DNA of 64,000 bases, from NCBI RefSeq assembly GCF_009914755.1, contig NC_060944.1; one strand, given 5' to 3'. The notes below the pieces were generated by a model. That model did not search any database. It was not told the origin of the DNA and was given only the letters and a program-made list of their open reading frames with translations. The stretch is from the human T2T-CHM13v2.0 reference genome, Homo sapiens. This document shows positions 41,919-54,805 of the stretch, in pieces. Both the position numbers and the translations under genes were made by a program. How positions within the stretch are numbered: position 1 is the stretch's first letter; every line of letters starts with the position of its first letter.

Positions 41919-42617
41919 CTGGAAGCAAAATTACCCACAATGCACTGCTGGAGCTCAGGGCTCAGACCCATCACCGAGAAAGGAGCAGGAGCACAAATCA
42001 CTGAGCGAAATGACCAAACAGAGCTGGGCTGTCATCTGAGTGATAAGCGACCTTTAATCAGAAGGAATCTCTGACTAAGAGGCCTCTGGTTATCACCAGA
42101 GAGAAGAGGTTACAGGTCTGACGTTGAGCTCCCTGAGTCCTGTTCTTTACCTAACCCTCGGCAGAGCCCAGGAGCGGGAAGGAAGGATGAGAAGTAGGAG
42201 GACAAGAAGGCAGGAACAGTGCTCTCTGAAGCAAAACATCAGAGGGAAGAAGAAACTCTTGTGTAGCCCCCAGGCCACATAGGGCTCTGCTGCGGCTGCG
42301 TGTACCACCCACCAGTGGCCACCTGTCTGTGGCCTTGCAGCCTGCCTTCCCCTGCTCTGATGATGGGGTTCTGGGAGAGCTCCCTGGCTTCCCCACGCTG
42401 CCTGGCAGGTGGGCACAGCATCTCCTCTGCGCTGGGCTTACGGAAGAGGCTGGCGACTTCCCGGAGAGCTGCTGGGTGCCAGGGAGAGGCTGAGAGAGCA
42501 AGGGCTGGTCCCAGAGTGGTGGAGTGGCTGGCCTAGCAGCCGGGTGTGCAGACACCCCGCTGGACAGACAGACAGCTTCAGCCTGAAGGGAGGCAGCAGG
42601 GCATGGCCAGTACTCAC

Positions 42618-42681
42618 AGCGAGACGGTGACATACAGGAAGCTCCAGTTGGACAAGCCCACGTCAAGCGCCGTCGCCAGAG
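42618..42681 (-). CDS. SLC35C2: SLC35C2 coding exon 3 ([22 protein letters not shown])
   Basis: acceptor ttcacag|CT, donor CT|GTGAGT, 64 nt, phase 1 to 2. Confidence 0.97.
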
Positions 42682-43652
42682 CTGTGAAGACACAGGCACC
42701 CACAGGACAGCGTGGGAGGTCCACACTCTGCTGGGGTGGGCTGGTACCCTGAGGCACCTGAGTGTCCCCCACTTCTGAACCATCCCGGTGCCTCCTGTGG
42801 GGCCCTTGGGCCTTCTTTTCCACCAGCAACTAAAGGGTTAATATCTGGCCCCCAAAGGTCGGGGGCTGCTCTAGCATTAGGGCTGGGGCCCATTCCAACT
42901 GGCTGGGCCGGTATGGTTTCCACAAACACTCCGGCGAGCCCCCTGAGCGGAGGTATTAACCTGATCTGGTTGATCCCTTACTGGAAACCCTTTTCCCTCA
43001 GGATGGAACGGGGAATCCGGCCTCCAGGACATGACCCCTGCCCACCCTCTCAGTTCTCATTTTTCCCACTTCCTCTGGCCAGCACCGGGTTCTCAGTATC
43101 CTGAAACACTTTGAGTTCCCTTCCAGACCCCACAGCTGGCACTAAATCTCCCTCGGGCCACGAGGGCCCCTCCTCCCAGGGCCAACCAGTCCCACGCATC
43201 CTTCAGGGCTCTGCCTACTTGGCACCTGGCCTAGGAAATCTTCCTCTACCAGCCACGGGCCCCGGCCTTGGGTTGGTCCCCTCCCTGGGCTCCGTAGTGC
43301 CCTCCATGTCCGTGTCACAGCCCTGCGAGGGCAGGGACCCTGCCTGCTCACCACTTATCTCCAGGCCTGAGGGCTGCACTCCAGGCTCGGTGTCTGCTGG
43401 CAGGAGAGGGAGCTGCGGGGCCGCAGGTGCAGGGGGGGTTTTGTGGGTGTGTGGTGGGGCAGTGGGAAGGCACGCAGTGCACAAGAGGCAGCAGCGTGGG
43501 TGGTGGGAGGCCAGGTCAAGAGGGCAGAGGAGGAACAGTGCAGGAAGAGGGGAGGGACTTGGCTTCCAGACATGCGGGTGTCTCTCTTGTTCTCATCCTA
43601 TGGTTCCCCAGCCCCTCTTCCTGCTCTGCCCTCACTGAGGTCCCCCACCTAC

Positions 43653-43803
43653 CTGTGGGAGCCACTCTTCTGAGGTAGTCGGCCCAGCTCAGCACCACAC
43701 GGGCCCTGTGGCTGGAGCACTGAACCAGCGCCCTGGACAGGGCGGAGAAGAGGAAGATCACGGCCAGGTGCAGCATCGTCATGAAGAGGGGGAAATGGAA
43801 GCT
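43653..43803 (-). CDS. SLC35C2: SLC35C2 coding exon 2 ([10 protein letters not shown]...RRVAPT)
   Basis: acceptor catacag|AGC, donor ACAG|GTAGG, 151 nt, phase 0 to 1. Confidence 0.97.
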
Positions 43804-44416
43804 CTGTATGGAGCCCAAAGCAGACACCCCGGCTTGGTTTAGACAGCCTGCCCCCCACCGGCTCCCTCTTCCTCTTCGCCCCTCTGCTGGAGTGGGGCTC
43901 ATTCGGTGGTTCATGAGGACCTTGCTATGTGTGTAGGGCCCTTAGTTACGGTATCATCGCTTGGAATGACAGACTCTTAGGTCACGAAGACAGGTGGCAG
44001 CCAAGAGACTCAATCCTAGCCTGGTGCTGTCTCCACCATTTCAACACACCTGTGAGCTACCTGCCCAGCCTTCCTCACGGCCTATGCCCAAGTGAGAGCC
44101 ACTGCGGCCCACTACGTTGTATCACTTATTAAAATATTGAAATACTTCTCTAGTGGGGTAAATAGCTGCTGCTTGAGCCCCAGTTTCCCCAGCTCATCCC
44201 TTCACACCCCCCGCTCTCCTTGGTTTCCCTGGATCCAAACACTGAAGGGGAACCCTGGCACGGCAGGCTTGGAGGGCCCTGTTCCAGCCCAGCCGTGACT
44301 GGCTTCCAGTTAGACTGGTTGAAGCTTGTGCCTTCCTGTTAAACATGAAGGGCACCGTAGCCATGGCTCTGGCCACCTTCATCCCAGCACCCCGCCCCAG
44401 CAAGGCCTCCTGGTAC

Positions 44417-44536
44417 CTTTGTCAGCCACTTGTTGTAGAAGGTGATGCCGATGGAGAAGCAGTAGTAGAGAAGCACCAGCCCCAGGGTCAACACCGCCTT
44501 CCACAAAAAGGCCACATCGAGGGCCCACCTCCCCAT
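44417..44536 (-). CDS. SLC35C2: SLC35C2 coding exon 1 ([10 protein letters not shown]...NKWLTK, 40 aa); nucleotide-sugar transporter family multi-pass membrane protein
   Basis: ATG at 44536-44534, donor AAG|GTACCA. The nine exons join in frame to 1098 nt = 365 aa + stop, matching the SLC35C2 protein as I recall it. Confidence 0.97.
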
Positions 44537-44796
44537 TCGTGGCGGCTGCAGCACCGGAGCTCCTGAGTCAGCGGGGGCAGGCACCCCTCTTGAATACAAT
44601 GTGCAGGAAGAGCCGGTGGAGTTAGACCACAGCTTTCACCAAGAACGTCTCCAGGCTGGAGGAGCTCTCTGCAGCTCCATGATTCGGAACCATCAGCAGA
44701 GCCCCAGGCAGAGTCCTCACCTAAGGGGCTGGTGGCTGGTGCTGACCCTTCCCATGGTTAATTGGATGCAGCGCTCACAGGTCCCAAGGTCTGCTG
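44537..44796 (-). other. SLC35C2: SLC35C2 5'UTR portion of exon 2, with tandem CAGCAGCAG acceptor and an optional internal 132-nt intron (44589-44720)
   Basis: ccctttttccccCAGCAGCAG at 44799-44791. Internal donor AG|GTGAGG, branch CTAAC and acceptor ttcaag|. Confidence 0.7.
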
Positions 44797-45726
44797 CTGG
44801 GGAAAAAGGGCCGCTCTGGAGCCTCAGGCAGAGACTGTGCTTCTCGTAGCCATGGGTGCCTCTGAAGGCTGCGTGACTCAGGGCTCTGGAGGGGCTGCCC
44901 ACAACGGCACAGGCAGTCCCAGAGACCCACGTCGTGTCTGCTGTCTTGTCACCTCAAGCTATTCTCCATGAACTGCCACCAAAGTGACCTTTTAAAACAC
45001 AAACTGATCATGTCAGGCCACTGCTTAAAACCCTTCAGCAGCTTCCAGTGCTTTTCTGATAAAGACCAGCACCCTTCTTTCGGCTCCCATGGCCTCATCT
45101 GGCCCTGCTGGTCTTCCCAGTCTCAGCCACAGGCTCTCCAGGACCTGGCCCCACTGGGCGCCTTTCAGCTCCCCAAACACACCAGCTTTCTTCCCGTTGT
45201 CTGAAGGAAATGAACGAACACTGCACCCACCCTTCAGTCCTTCATCAATCCTACCTATCTTCAGCTCAGAGGTCACTTCTTCAGGGAACCCCACCCCATC
45301 CCCTGAATCAGTCCCCTGAGATACATGTTGCTTTCACGGCTCTCCTACTTCTCTTTCATAGCACTTGTGCAGGGTGTGATTTGAGTAATGTCTGTCCCCT
45401 GAGAGGCTACGAGCGGCACAAAGATAGGGACCAGTAAGACCACACTGGCCTTACGCACAGCTGGTGTACTTTAAGTTCTCCGTCTGGTTTGATGACTGAC
45501 AGAGAGCAGGCATGCGATTTTCAGGGGACTGGTCTGGTCTTTAGGGGTTAAAAATGGAGAAGGAAACCAACACTCTAACGGCTGGAACACTGTAAGACCA
45601 GGCTGTAACCACTACTCCCTGGAAGCAGAGCCTGCCTTACGGTATTGCCAAATGAAACCACTCCCAGCCTCCCTGTCAATCCAGCCAACCCTGATGAGTG
45701 CCCGGAGCATGCCGGGTAGACCTGTC

Positions 45727-45870
45727 TGTGCCTGGAGGAGCCTCAGGTCCAGTGTTATGTGATGATACCTGCTGCTTCATCTGGGTGCCCCCCTCAACCA
45801 CAGATCCTCCTTTGAGACATTCCCATCCTATTGAAACGCCACCTTCTTCTCGAAGCCTTCCTAGGCTTCA
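45727..45870 (+). repeat. 144-bp low-copy direct repeat, copy A (SLC35C2 intron 1)
   Basis: aligns to 54664-54805 with 8 substitutions and one 2-nt gap. Confidence 0.95.
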
Positions 45871-46571
45871 CGATCAGACACATTCTCCATCTCCCACCCC
45901 AACATTTCTGAAGGGAGCAGTTACATTCCATTCTGCACTCTGGAACTCTTGTTACTATTTCCCCTCCCCGGGGCAAACAGGGAGCTGGCTGTGTCCAAAT
46001 GAATCTCTGGGGCTACAGTTGTCTTCAGAGGAGCTTTGGAAACCTGTGGCGGTATTTTGGGGATATGCTCCTGGCGTTCAGTAAGCAGGGATAAAGAAGG
46101 GGCAGTCCACATAGCCAATTACTGCTCTGCATCCCGCACGACTTTGACATCCATATAGGTGAAAGATTAGCTTATAATTATCTGAACCTAGAATGTAACT
46201 CTGTTTACATGTAAACACAGTGCAGTGTTTCCATGGTTCTGCTGTGAACTAACACTTCCAAGAATAAGACGCCTATGTACAATGAAGGGAGACTGAAAAT
46301 GGTCAAAATTGGTCTCAAAATGGCACCAAAAGTGTCCATTCTGGAAAAACCACATCATCTACAGCAATGGCACTAGTGGTTTTCGAGGTGCGACACAACA
46401 CGGCTGTGTCAGTCTGTGTCTGTGGCCATCACACTCCTAGAGGGTCCACACAGAAGGGACAGCTTCACTGCAACTTCCAGCACTATTGTGCCCAGAAACT
46501 TACATATTGAAACATATTTTGTTTTACTATCAATTACTTTCCTTTTATGTTATAGGGCATGGTTATTTATA

Positions 46572-46876
<305 letters not shown>

Positions 46877-47573
46877 TGCATTTGTTGATTTTTAAAAAAT
46901 TATGTGTAGGCAGTTTTTATTAATCATATGTTTCATTTTAGGGTAATAAAAGGGACTGTTACAAAATATTTGTAATAAAAAAGAGGTGTCAGATCCAATG
47001 AGTTGAGACTCCTACCTGACCTAATGCATTCTCATTCCTTCAAATGCCTTCTGTAAGCTGATGTCTTCCCAATATATGCCCCGGCTCTGATTCATGTGAA
47101 CTCCAGAAGAATATCCAATGCCTACCTAACCTCTTCTTCCCTTAGATATCTAATATCAGGCATCTCACTCACATCTAGAGTGTCTGAAACTGACTCGTGT
47201 TTTCCACACCCCCATTTCATCCAAGCCTGCTCCTCTTCCTACTTCCCATCCCAGCAAATGGCTCCACTACTCTCCTAGTTGCTCAGGCCAAAAGCCTTAG
47301 GCTCATCTGATTCCTCTCTTCCCCTTAGCCCACATTCAATCAATAAATACCGTCAGCTCTATCTTCAGAAATATCCCAAATATGAGCACATGTCCTGAAC
47401 TCCACCACTACCATCTCAGCCACCATCCTCTCCCCAAATGACTGCAGGAGTCTCCTACACGGTTCTCTCTACTTCTCCTGCAACCACCACCATCAGGCTC
47501 CTCCAACAAAGAGGGCGCATGGGCCTCAAACATACGTCTACAGATCTCAAAACCCACACTGTTTCCTCTACGC

Positions 47574-47797
47574 CAGGGTTTCTCAACCTGGGCGTTACTG
47601 CTGTTTGGGGACAGATAATTCTTTGTGAGAAGACCCATCCTCTACATGGCAGGATGTTTAGCAACATCCCTGGCCCATACCCACCAGACACCTGTCACAT
47701 CCTTCCCCCCATCCCAAGTTGTGATACCCAAGAAATGTCTCTAGACACTGCCATATGTCACCTGAGGATCAAACCTGCTCCCTGTTGAGAACCACTG
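47574..47797 (-). mobile_element. MER20 hAT-Charlie MITE nested in L2
   Basis: terminal inverted repeats CAGGGTTTCTCAACC ... GTTGAGAACCACTG; internal GATAATTCTTTG and GGATGTTTAGCAACATCCCTGGCC. Confidence 0.88.
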
Positions 47798-48802
47798 CTG
47801 ACCCTGTCCTGTGACAGGCACTCACAGGACATGCTGGCACTAACAGAGCTTTCTTCTGAGCACTCTTCCCTCATGGCTCCTCCTGTGGCTTCCAAGCCAG
47901 GGAAGTCTGTTCACTCTTCTGTTAACCAACTTCTTGCAGCTCCTGCTTTTGCTGCATTTCCTGCTGCAGCACTGCAACACCGCAACACCCTCCCTCCACT
48001 GTTCAAATGCTGACCTTCCTTCACAGACCTGGCCCAGTTCCCCTGCCTCCAATAAGTCCCTATGGCTACCCCGCCTACAAGAAGCACTGTCTCAAATTTA
48101 ACTCATTTTCTTATTGGGATTCAGAAGGTCACCTATGCCCAAACACAAAGCCAAATCTCAGCTAGAAGGGTCCCTGGAGATCATCTAGGCACTTAATGAG
48201 CATTTATCAAGCACTCCTGTAGGCCCACCACTGGAGACACAGACGTGAAACTGAAAAGGTCCCCACCCTTATTTTATAAGGGAAACAAGATTTAAAGGAG
48301 TAAACAACTCTTTTTGAAATCTCATTTGCTCAGGAAGGAAAGTCCATATTCTGCCCCACTTTCCACAGAGAGCAGCTTAGCTGGGGGCAGCAGTCACATC
48401 AAGGTAAGGCTGGCTGGTGCATCACTGGCACACCTGCTTCCCTCCATCTTCCTAACTGTAACTTGGGCAGCATGGTTTAGTGCTTAAGAGTGTGGGCTTT
48501 GGAGTTAGACACTGAGAATCAAATCCTGGTGTCCCTACTCACTACTGTGTGACCCTAAGTTACTTGACCTCTGGACTCAGTTTCTCCAACTGTAAAGTGG
48601 CATCAGGTACAGCATTAAATGCTGGCTCATGGTAGAGGCTTACTCCCCTCCTGGTCCCCTTAACAGTGAAACTTCCCCAGAGGACCCCGCACTGCCAGTC
48701 CAACTCCTTCACCCCCTGCTCTCACTTCAGCCCATCTCCACTGCTCCAATGAGTCACCACACCCTCCTCCCTGCTGCCCCTTCGAAGGCTTAGTCTCTAT
48801 TC

Positions 48803-49094
<292 letters not shown>

Positions 49095-49109
49095 GGCTTA
49101 GTCTCTATT

Positions 49110-50080
49110 CTTACCTTACACAATGGATCACTTCCTCCTCCTAGAAAAAACCTTCTCTTGGGTGCCACGATACCACATTCTCCTGGTTTTTCTTCTGCTT
49201 TTCTGGACTCCTTATTGGTCTTTTTTGCTGGCACCTTCTTGTCAACTCAATCTATAAAAATTGGGTGCCTAAAGCTTGGAACCTGGCTTCTCTTCTCTCT
49301 TAAATCTTACCCTACATAATCTCATCCTACCCAATCCACTTGCCAATGATTTCTAAATTCTTTACATCAGCCCTGACCTTTTCTGTATCAGACTCATATA
49401 TCTAACTGCCTATTTGGTAGCTGCACTCCAAATATCTAAAACTTAAGATGCCCTAAGAAGATTTCGTAATTATTTCTCACGCTCCCAATCTATCCCAAAG
49501 TCATTTAGTAAATGCCAGCATAATACACTTGGTTACTTAAGCCAAAACCAAAAATCTATGATGAAGTCATCTTTGACCACTTATTTCTGTCATTTCTCAA
49601 ATCCTGCCCTGTCAGTTCCACTTTCAATACACTTCTTGACCCCTCTACTTCTCTTCCTCTCCATTCCCACTACCACAGTCTAAGCCACAATTATCTTTCA
49701 CCTGCTGACTGCCACTGGTCTAACTGGTCTCCCTGTTTCCTCTTTCGCCCCTAAGGCCTGGAATCTATAAAGCAGCCAGAGAGATGGCACACGAAACAGA
49801 TCATGCCCTAAGGCTAAGCCCAGCTCCTCAGCCTGGTCCACAAGGAAGGCCTCTGTAACCTCATTCTTCTGCCACTGGTCCCAGCACCCGCCACAGCGGC
49901 CCCCTGCCACGTGTCAAACACATCAAACCTGTGTTTTTCTTTACTTGCTGCTCTTCCTGCCTTCAGCTCCCTTCCGCAGACCTCCGCTTGGCTGAATACT
50001 TTCTCCAATGCCCCACCCCTCCCAATCCTCGTGGCACTCCCACCTCTGACGTTTCCTTGTTTGCTCACGTGTTTACTGCC
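49110..50080 (+). mobile_element. degenerate L2 (further L2 pieces at about 44940-45500, 47030-48060, 25000-25560 and 2296-2960)
   Basis: L2-type motifs, e.g. ATACCACATTCTCCTGGTTTT, ATATCTAACTGCCTA, CTAACTGGTCTCCCTG, CAGCCAGAG.GAT. Confidence 0.7.
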
Positions 50081-50710
50081 CGCCCCAATCCCACCGCGGG
50101 AAGCAGCCTCTCAGAGGGCAGGGCCGTGTCCGATTCCGGCCCGGGTCCCGCACCCAGGACGTCGCAGGTGCTCAGGAAATACCAGATGAGCCGGCGTCCG
50201 GCAGGTGCCTTGCAGGAGGGCGCTTGGAGACCCCTGCCCCCTCCACAGACGGCGAAACTGAGGCCCGGGGAGGGGCAGGGGCGTGGCGTGCCCCATGTCA
50301 ACCCGCGCAGATCCCGGGTGGGGAGCCCGCTTCCCTTCTCCAGCCCCGGCCCCCCAGCCTCTGGGAGTGCGCCGGGAGGCCGGCCGCACACCCACTCACC
50401 TCGGCCCTGGGAGCTCCAGGCCGGAATCTCCCCACCGGAAGTGCGAGGCCGGATGCCGCCGCCGAACCGCGGCACGGGCGGTAACTTCCGCCGGAAGCTA
50501 CCCAGGGGCTGGGCGGAGCCGGGGCGAAAAGGCGGGGCGGGGCAGCACGGGGGCGGGGCGTCTGTTGTGGTCGGGTTCTGAGGTGGTCTGGTCTTTCTGA
50601 GGTACAGCGTAGTTTTGTCCTCCGCGAAGTCCCTCAGGCTCAGAGCACAGCCGTGTAATTGTCTGCGTCTCTCCCGCGCTCAATCAGGGGCTTGCTTTGG
50701 AACCCCGGTG
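50080..50710. promoter_or_regulatory. CpG-island, TATA-less promoter of SLC35C2 with ETS (GABPA/ELK-type) and SP/KLF GC boxes
   Basis: High CpG density; ACCGGAAGTG at 50434-50443; inverted ACTTCCG-CCGGAAGC at 50484-50498; GGGGCGGGGC runs at 50531-50560. Confidence 0.9.
50400..50480 (-). other. SLC35C2: SLC35C2 non-coding first exon (5' end approximate)
   Basis: consensus donor GAGG|GTGAGT at 50400/50399 inside the CpG island. Confidence 0.75.
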
Positions 50711-52096
50711 CCTGCTAGTGTTCTGCATACAGTGAGCATCCAAAAAATGGTAACTTGTTTACTTTTACTGAACAAATTGTTTTTCTTATGTCCAGTCTAA
50801 TGCTGGGCAACCATGGAATGAACCACGAAGATAAGTATCTCATGGGCTTTTTCTTCTGGGAGCTCAGGCCAGCTGGGGCCATTACAACTTAAAACTTGGG
50901 CGATCCAGAAGTAATACGAAACATTTGTGAAATATTTTCTGTATGAAACTTTCTAAGAATTATCTCAACTTCAATAGGTTGAGTAGGGAGAGAGCATCCC
51001 AGATAGAGGAAATGGGAGAATCCTAAAGGAGGGTGAGAAAGCTCCAGCCGTGCCTGGGGCTCACAGGTTGTTTGTAACTGTGGTGGTTAAAGTAGCCAAG
51101 AGGCAGGTTGCAGTGGCCCCAAAATGCCAGCCTAGGGAGTTCAGATTTTCTTCATCTTGCGGGATGGATTAAAAGGGCAGCATTTGCAGTCAAGAACATT
51201 AGGCCAGGGCAAGCTAGGGTTGCACATTCAGACCCAGTTTTGTGCCTTTCGCCCTCCTCTAGCCTCCTCCTGGGCTCTCTGGCAGTAAGACCAGCTGCAA
51301 ACATGGATCCTTACAAGTGACTCAGCTGGGATCCCTGGCCCCTCTGAACAGAAGGCTCAAGGCCAGAGTGTAAGCAGTGTTTTATGCAAACTGCGGCTGT
51401 CACCGCCGCCAGCTGGCATCATGCAGGCATTAGTTCATTCAGTGCTTACCAAGCACCTACAATGGTACCCATCACTGCCCAAGGTCTTGGCTTTATTCAG
51501 TCCTCAGGCTTGTATTGCATGCACTTTCTATGCCTTTTGAAAGAGCCTGTCCTCACACCCTTCTCTCTCAGAGGCAAGAGATCTATTTTCATCACCACCC
51601 TCATTTAAGTCTCCCAGCTACCAAGGCCAAGGTTTGGAGCAACAGCCTAAAACACCAGCTGGAAGGCTGGGCACTATGCACAGGCAACACACAGGGTAAA
51701 GAGCGTGTCTTCTTTGTAAGGCACAAGTACTCGAGCTGTTCCCTGGCTGTGTCCCTGGCAGGGAGAAGAGGGAGGATGTGTTCATGGGGGTGTACAGTAT
51801 GCCTTACCTTGCTGTACCCAGCAGGGTTGAGCAGAAAACGCTTCGTCCCAGTGCAGCAATCTGTGAACACTCTTAACCAGCAGGTGTGTGTCTGTGTGTG
51901 TGTATGTGTGGGAGGAGCGAATGATGAGGAGGAAGGGACTCTTGGAAGGTGACTAAGGGCTCCAGCTGGAGCTCTCCAGAGTCTCCCAGATACATGGAGA
52001 TCAAGTCTTGTCAAGGTGAAATCTTCACCATTGGGCAGGGGGCAAGTACAGACAAACAGCTGTTAACAGGAACCACAGTTTGTACATGAAAGAGTA

Positions 52097-52102
52097 TTTA
52101 TT
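52097..52102 (-). terminator. ELMO2: ELMO2 polyadenylation signal AATAAA (others at 52199-52204 and 51492-51497)
   Basis: TTTATT on + strand at the end of an AU-rich distal 3'UTR, about 1.3 kb past the stop. Confidence 0.75.
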
Positions 52103-53388
52103 GAAAACATGGTTACTGACAGGAAGCTCCTGGCTGCTCTCTGGTTACAATCTTGGCTCACAACTGGAAGTGTTACATACTTTTTACTTCCCCTCAATTT
52201 TATTTTTCCCCAAGGTTCCATCCTAAGATAGGTAGATCTTATATAAATATATATACACGTCTGTATAAGTATGGCCTATAGTAATGAAAATATATAGTAC
52301 ACTCTTCATTGGGTAGTACCTACCATGCCAGGCCACCAATACTGAATGCCAATGTGCTAACGTATGTCCAGGGAGAGAGGCTGTGTGTGTGGTTTACAAG
52401 TGCTGCAGCACCAGGGAAGCCCCACTGGCACAGGTGTGGCCTCAGCCGGCCTCAGCCAGCTCCCTGAAATCATGGCCAATGGCAGAAACCATAGCACTAG
52501 GAAGGGAAGGCCAACTTCCTGGGGTCTGGAAGGCCAAAGGAAAGCAAACTGGAGGGGGCTGCAATTCAGGTTAGGGGAGATTTCTCTCTGAGGAAGGAAA
52601 AGGTATTAATGTGGGGGAAGAGCAGTAGAATCTAGTGACCTCACCACAGTCTAGGCCCAGGCCTCAGCTGGGTTTTCCCTGCAGCGTTCCTGGAGACTTA
52701 AGAGGGCAGGACTTGGCCAGGAGGTCTTTGACTTGCTGGGATGAGACTGAGCGCTTGCAGGGAGAAATTTCCGTCTGCTCTGATATCTGTATGGGCCAGA
52801 GAGATCTGGTGGCTCTAAAGACCAGAGATGTTAGAGCCAACCTCAGAAGCAGCAACGTCTTGGCACCATATGAAGCTGGAGTGAGCCCTCATCAAAAAAG
52901 ACAAAAGCAAAAGCCTCAGGCTTGTACTCAGATCTAAGATACAGGTAGTCACTTCAAGGCTCTCAACACGCCCAACACACCTGTCCTCTGCAGGCAGCCT
53001 TTCCTGGGCCAGCTGTTGCTCACGTGGGGATCCAGCTGATCAGAGAGCAGGCTCAGGAGGAAAAGGTGAGTGGCTGTTGTTAAATCCATTTCAAGAAGCA
53101 GTTTCTTGGACTGGAAGGCAAGGGCATCTGCTGTTTGTTCCTCGTGGCCCAATCCCAGGCTTCATGGTGATGGAGTGGGCAGAGCACCCTGCCTTCATGA
53201 CTCTTAGTAGACAGGGACCAAGAGGAAACTCTGGGTGGTCCGAGGTGGGTTTGAGAAATGGCTGGCATTTACTGGCCACCAAAATCACTACAGATTCTGT
53301 ACAAGCAAAAGACAAGGCACCAGAATGTAAGTGTTTCTCCTGGGCCCAAAATCCCTTCTCCTGGGTACCGTCGTTTCTGGCTCCAGGC

Positions 53389-53589
53389 TCAGCCATAGTG
53401 ATAGACAAAGTCATAGCTGCTGGGCTCCTTGGGGATGGGGGGTGGGGCTTCGGGAATCTGGATGTTCTCCAGGTCCAGGAGCCGCAGCTTCATCTCCATG
53501 CTCAGCAGGGTGTCCAGGTCACTCTTGGTCAGCTCACTGGACATGTCCTTCCCCAGAAGGGCACTGAGGCCGTCAATCCAGATGCAGTA
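53389..53589 (-). CDS. ELMO2: ELMO2 last coding exon ([16 protein letters not shown]...[20 protein letters not shown]): end of PH domain, autoregulatory region and proline-rich motif
   Basis: acceptor ccacag|TAC, 201 nt including TGA; recognisable ELMO2 C-terminus. Confidence 0.97.
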   Translation of the reverse strand, partial: YCIWIDGLSALLGKDMSSELTKSDLDTLLSMEMKLRLLDLENIQIPEAPPPIPKEPSSYDFVYHYG

Positions 53590-54663
53590 CTGTGGGGAGC
53601 AAGTTGCAAAATGTCACATCGTGACCCCTGGTCAGCAGGAGATCCTGCCAAGGTCTCTTTTCTGATGGGGCTCACAACAGTTCCTTTTGGAACTAATCAG
53701 TATAGGCAAAACTGATTTGGAATGATAGCAAAGATAAATTAGGAGGTGATCCTTCACTTTCTCAAGAGATCTGGTTTTTATAAGGGGTTTTATATTACAA
53801 CTCCTTACAATAATATGAAGGAGAACCTAAAAATGCAATAAACGAATACAGCAAAATGAGATCTGAGTACTGGGGCATCATCTACCTGAAGTTACCCAAA
53901 ATCAGAAGCGAGAGAAGGGAAATATGTATTAGGTGAAAAGAAGCAAGACACAAACAGAAGTCACTGTGGGATCTCAATTTTGTGCCCCGCCCCCCCGAAA
54001 ACAAAATTAAAAATAATCCAGTCAATACATATTAAAGAGTAAATACTAAAGAAATGGAACTGGTGGGTCTCATGCTAAGAGGGGGTGACCAGGAAGCCTT
54101 CTGATCCCACCGCTCCCTGACTCTTCCTGCTTCCTCTGCTGCCATTTTCCTTTTTCCACACCGTTGCTCACCTGGTTCCCCACTTGCTTGTTCTTCATTT
54201 CCTCTCAACCAAATTCCACTAGCGGCAGCTCAGGCCCTGCCCAAGTGTCTCCTCTGCCAGAAGTCCCACCTCTAGTTCCCAGTGATGGCTCTCAGAGCTC
54301 ACCAGGCACATAGGGTCTCAAATGCAATCACTCATTTAATATCTAGTATCTTCCAGTGCTGCAGATGGAACTACAGGGCCCTTGTCAGAAGGACCAGTTC
54401 CATCTGGCTTCAAAGTCCACACTGGATCCATTACAACATGTGACCAGGAGCCCCTAGGAGGAAGGATCTGTCAAGTTCTCTTGGGTAGCTGACCACAGAG
54501 AAACTGAAAAGGGGAGAATTTTCCCAGTCCCAGGTAAATGACTCATTCCTAGTTGACCTTATCTTTGTAATGACAACCTATGGCTGCTGCTGAAGAGTAA
54601 TGTGGAGAGCCCAGCTCACAGATAAACAATCCAGAGTGTGACAGATCCTTGGCAGCCACCCAA

Positions 54664-54805
54664 TGCGCCTGGAGGAACCTCAGGTCCAGCATTATGTAAT
54701 GATACCTGCTGCTTCATCTGGGTGCCCCCCAACCACAGCTCCTCCTTTGAGACATTCCCATCCTATTGAAATGCCACCTTCTTCTCAAAGCCTTCCTAGG
54801 CTTCA
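54664..54805 (+). repeat. 142-bp low-copy direct repeat, copy B (ELMO2 last intron)
   Basis: aligns to 45727-45870. Confidence 0.95.

Noticed and set aside
41919-42000. Upstream alternative acceptor (tttcgctcag) extending SLC35C2 coding exon 4
   Set aside because: It adds 82 nt and shifts the frame; there is no sequence evidence of use.
45727-45870. Duplicated 144-bp intronic element as a snoRNA or shared exon
   Set aside because: The size fits, but the only C-box-like GTGATGA is antisense to the host genes and is mutated in the other copy. A 3' ACA is present in only one copy. Differences look like neutral CpG decay. An Rfam/Infernal search would settle it.
49931-50581. 216-aa Pro/Gly/Arg-rich ORF
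   Set aside because: Typical stop-poor CpG-island frame, partly L2-derived, with a non-ATG start.
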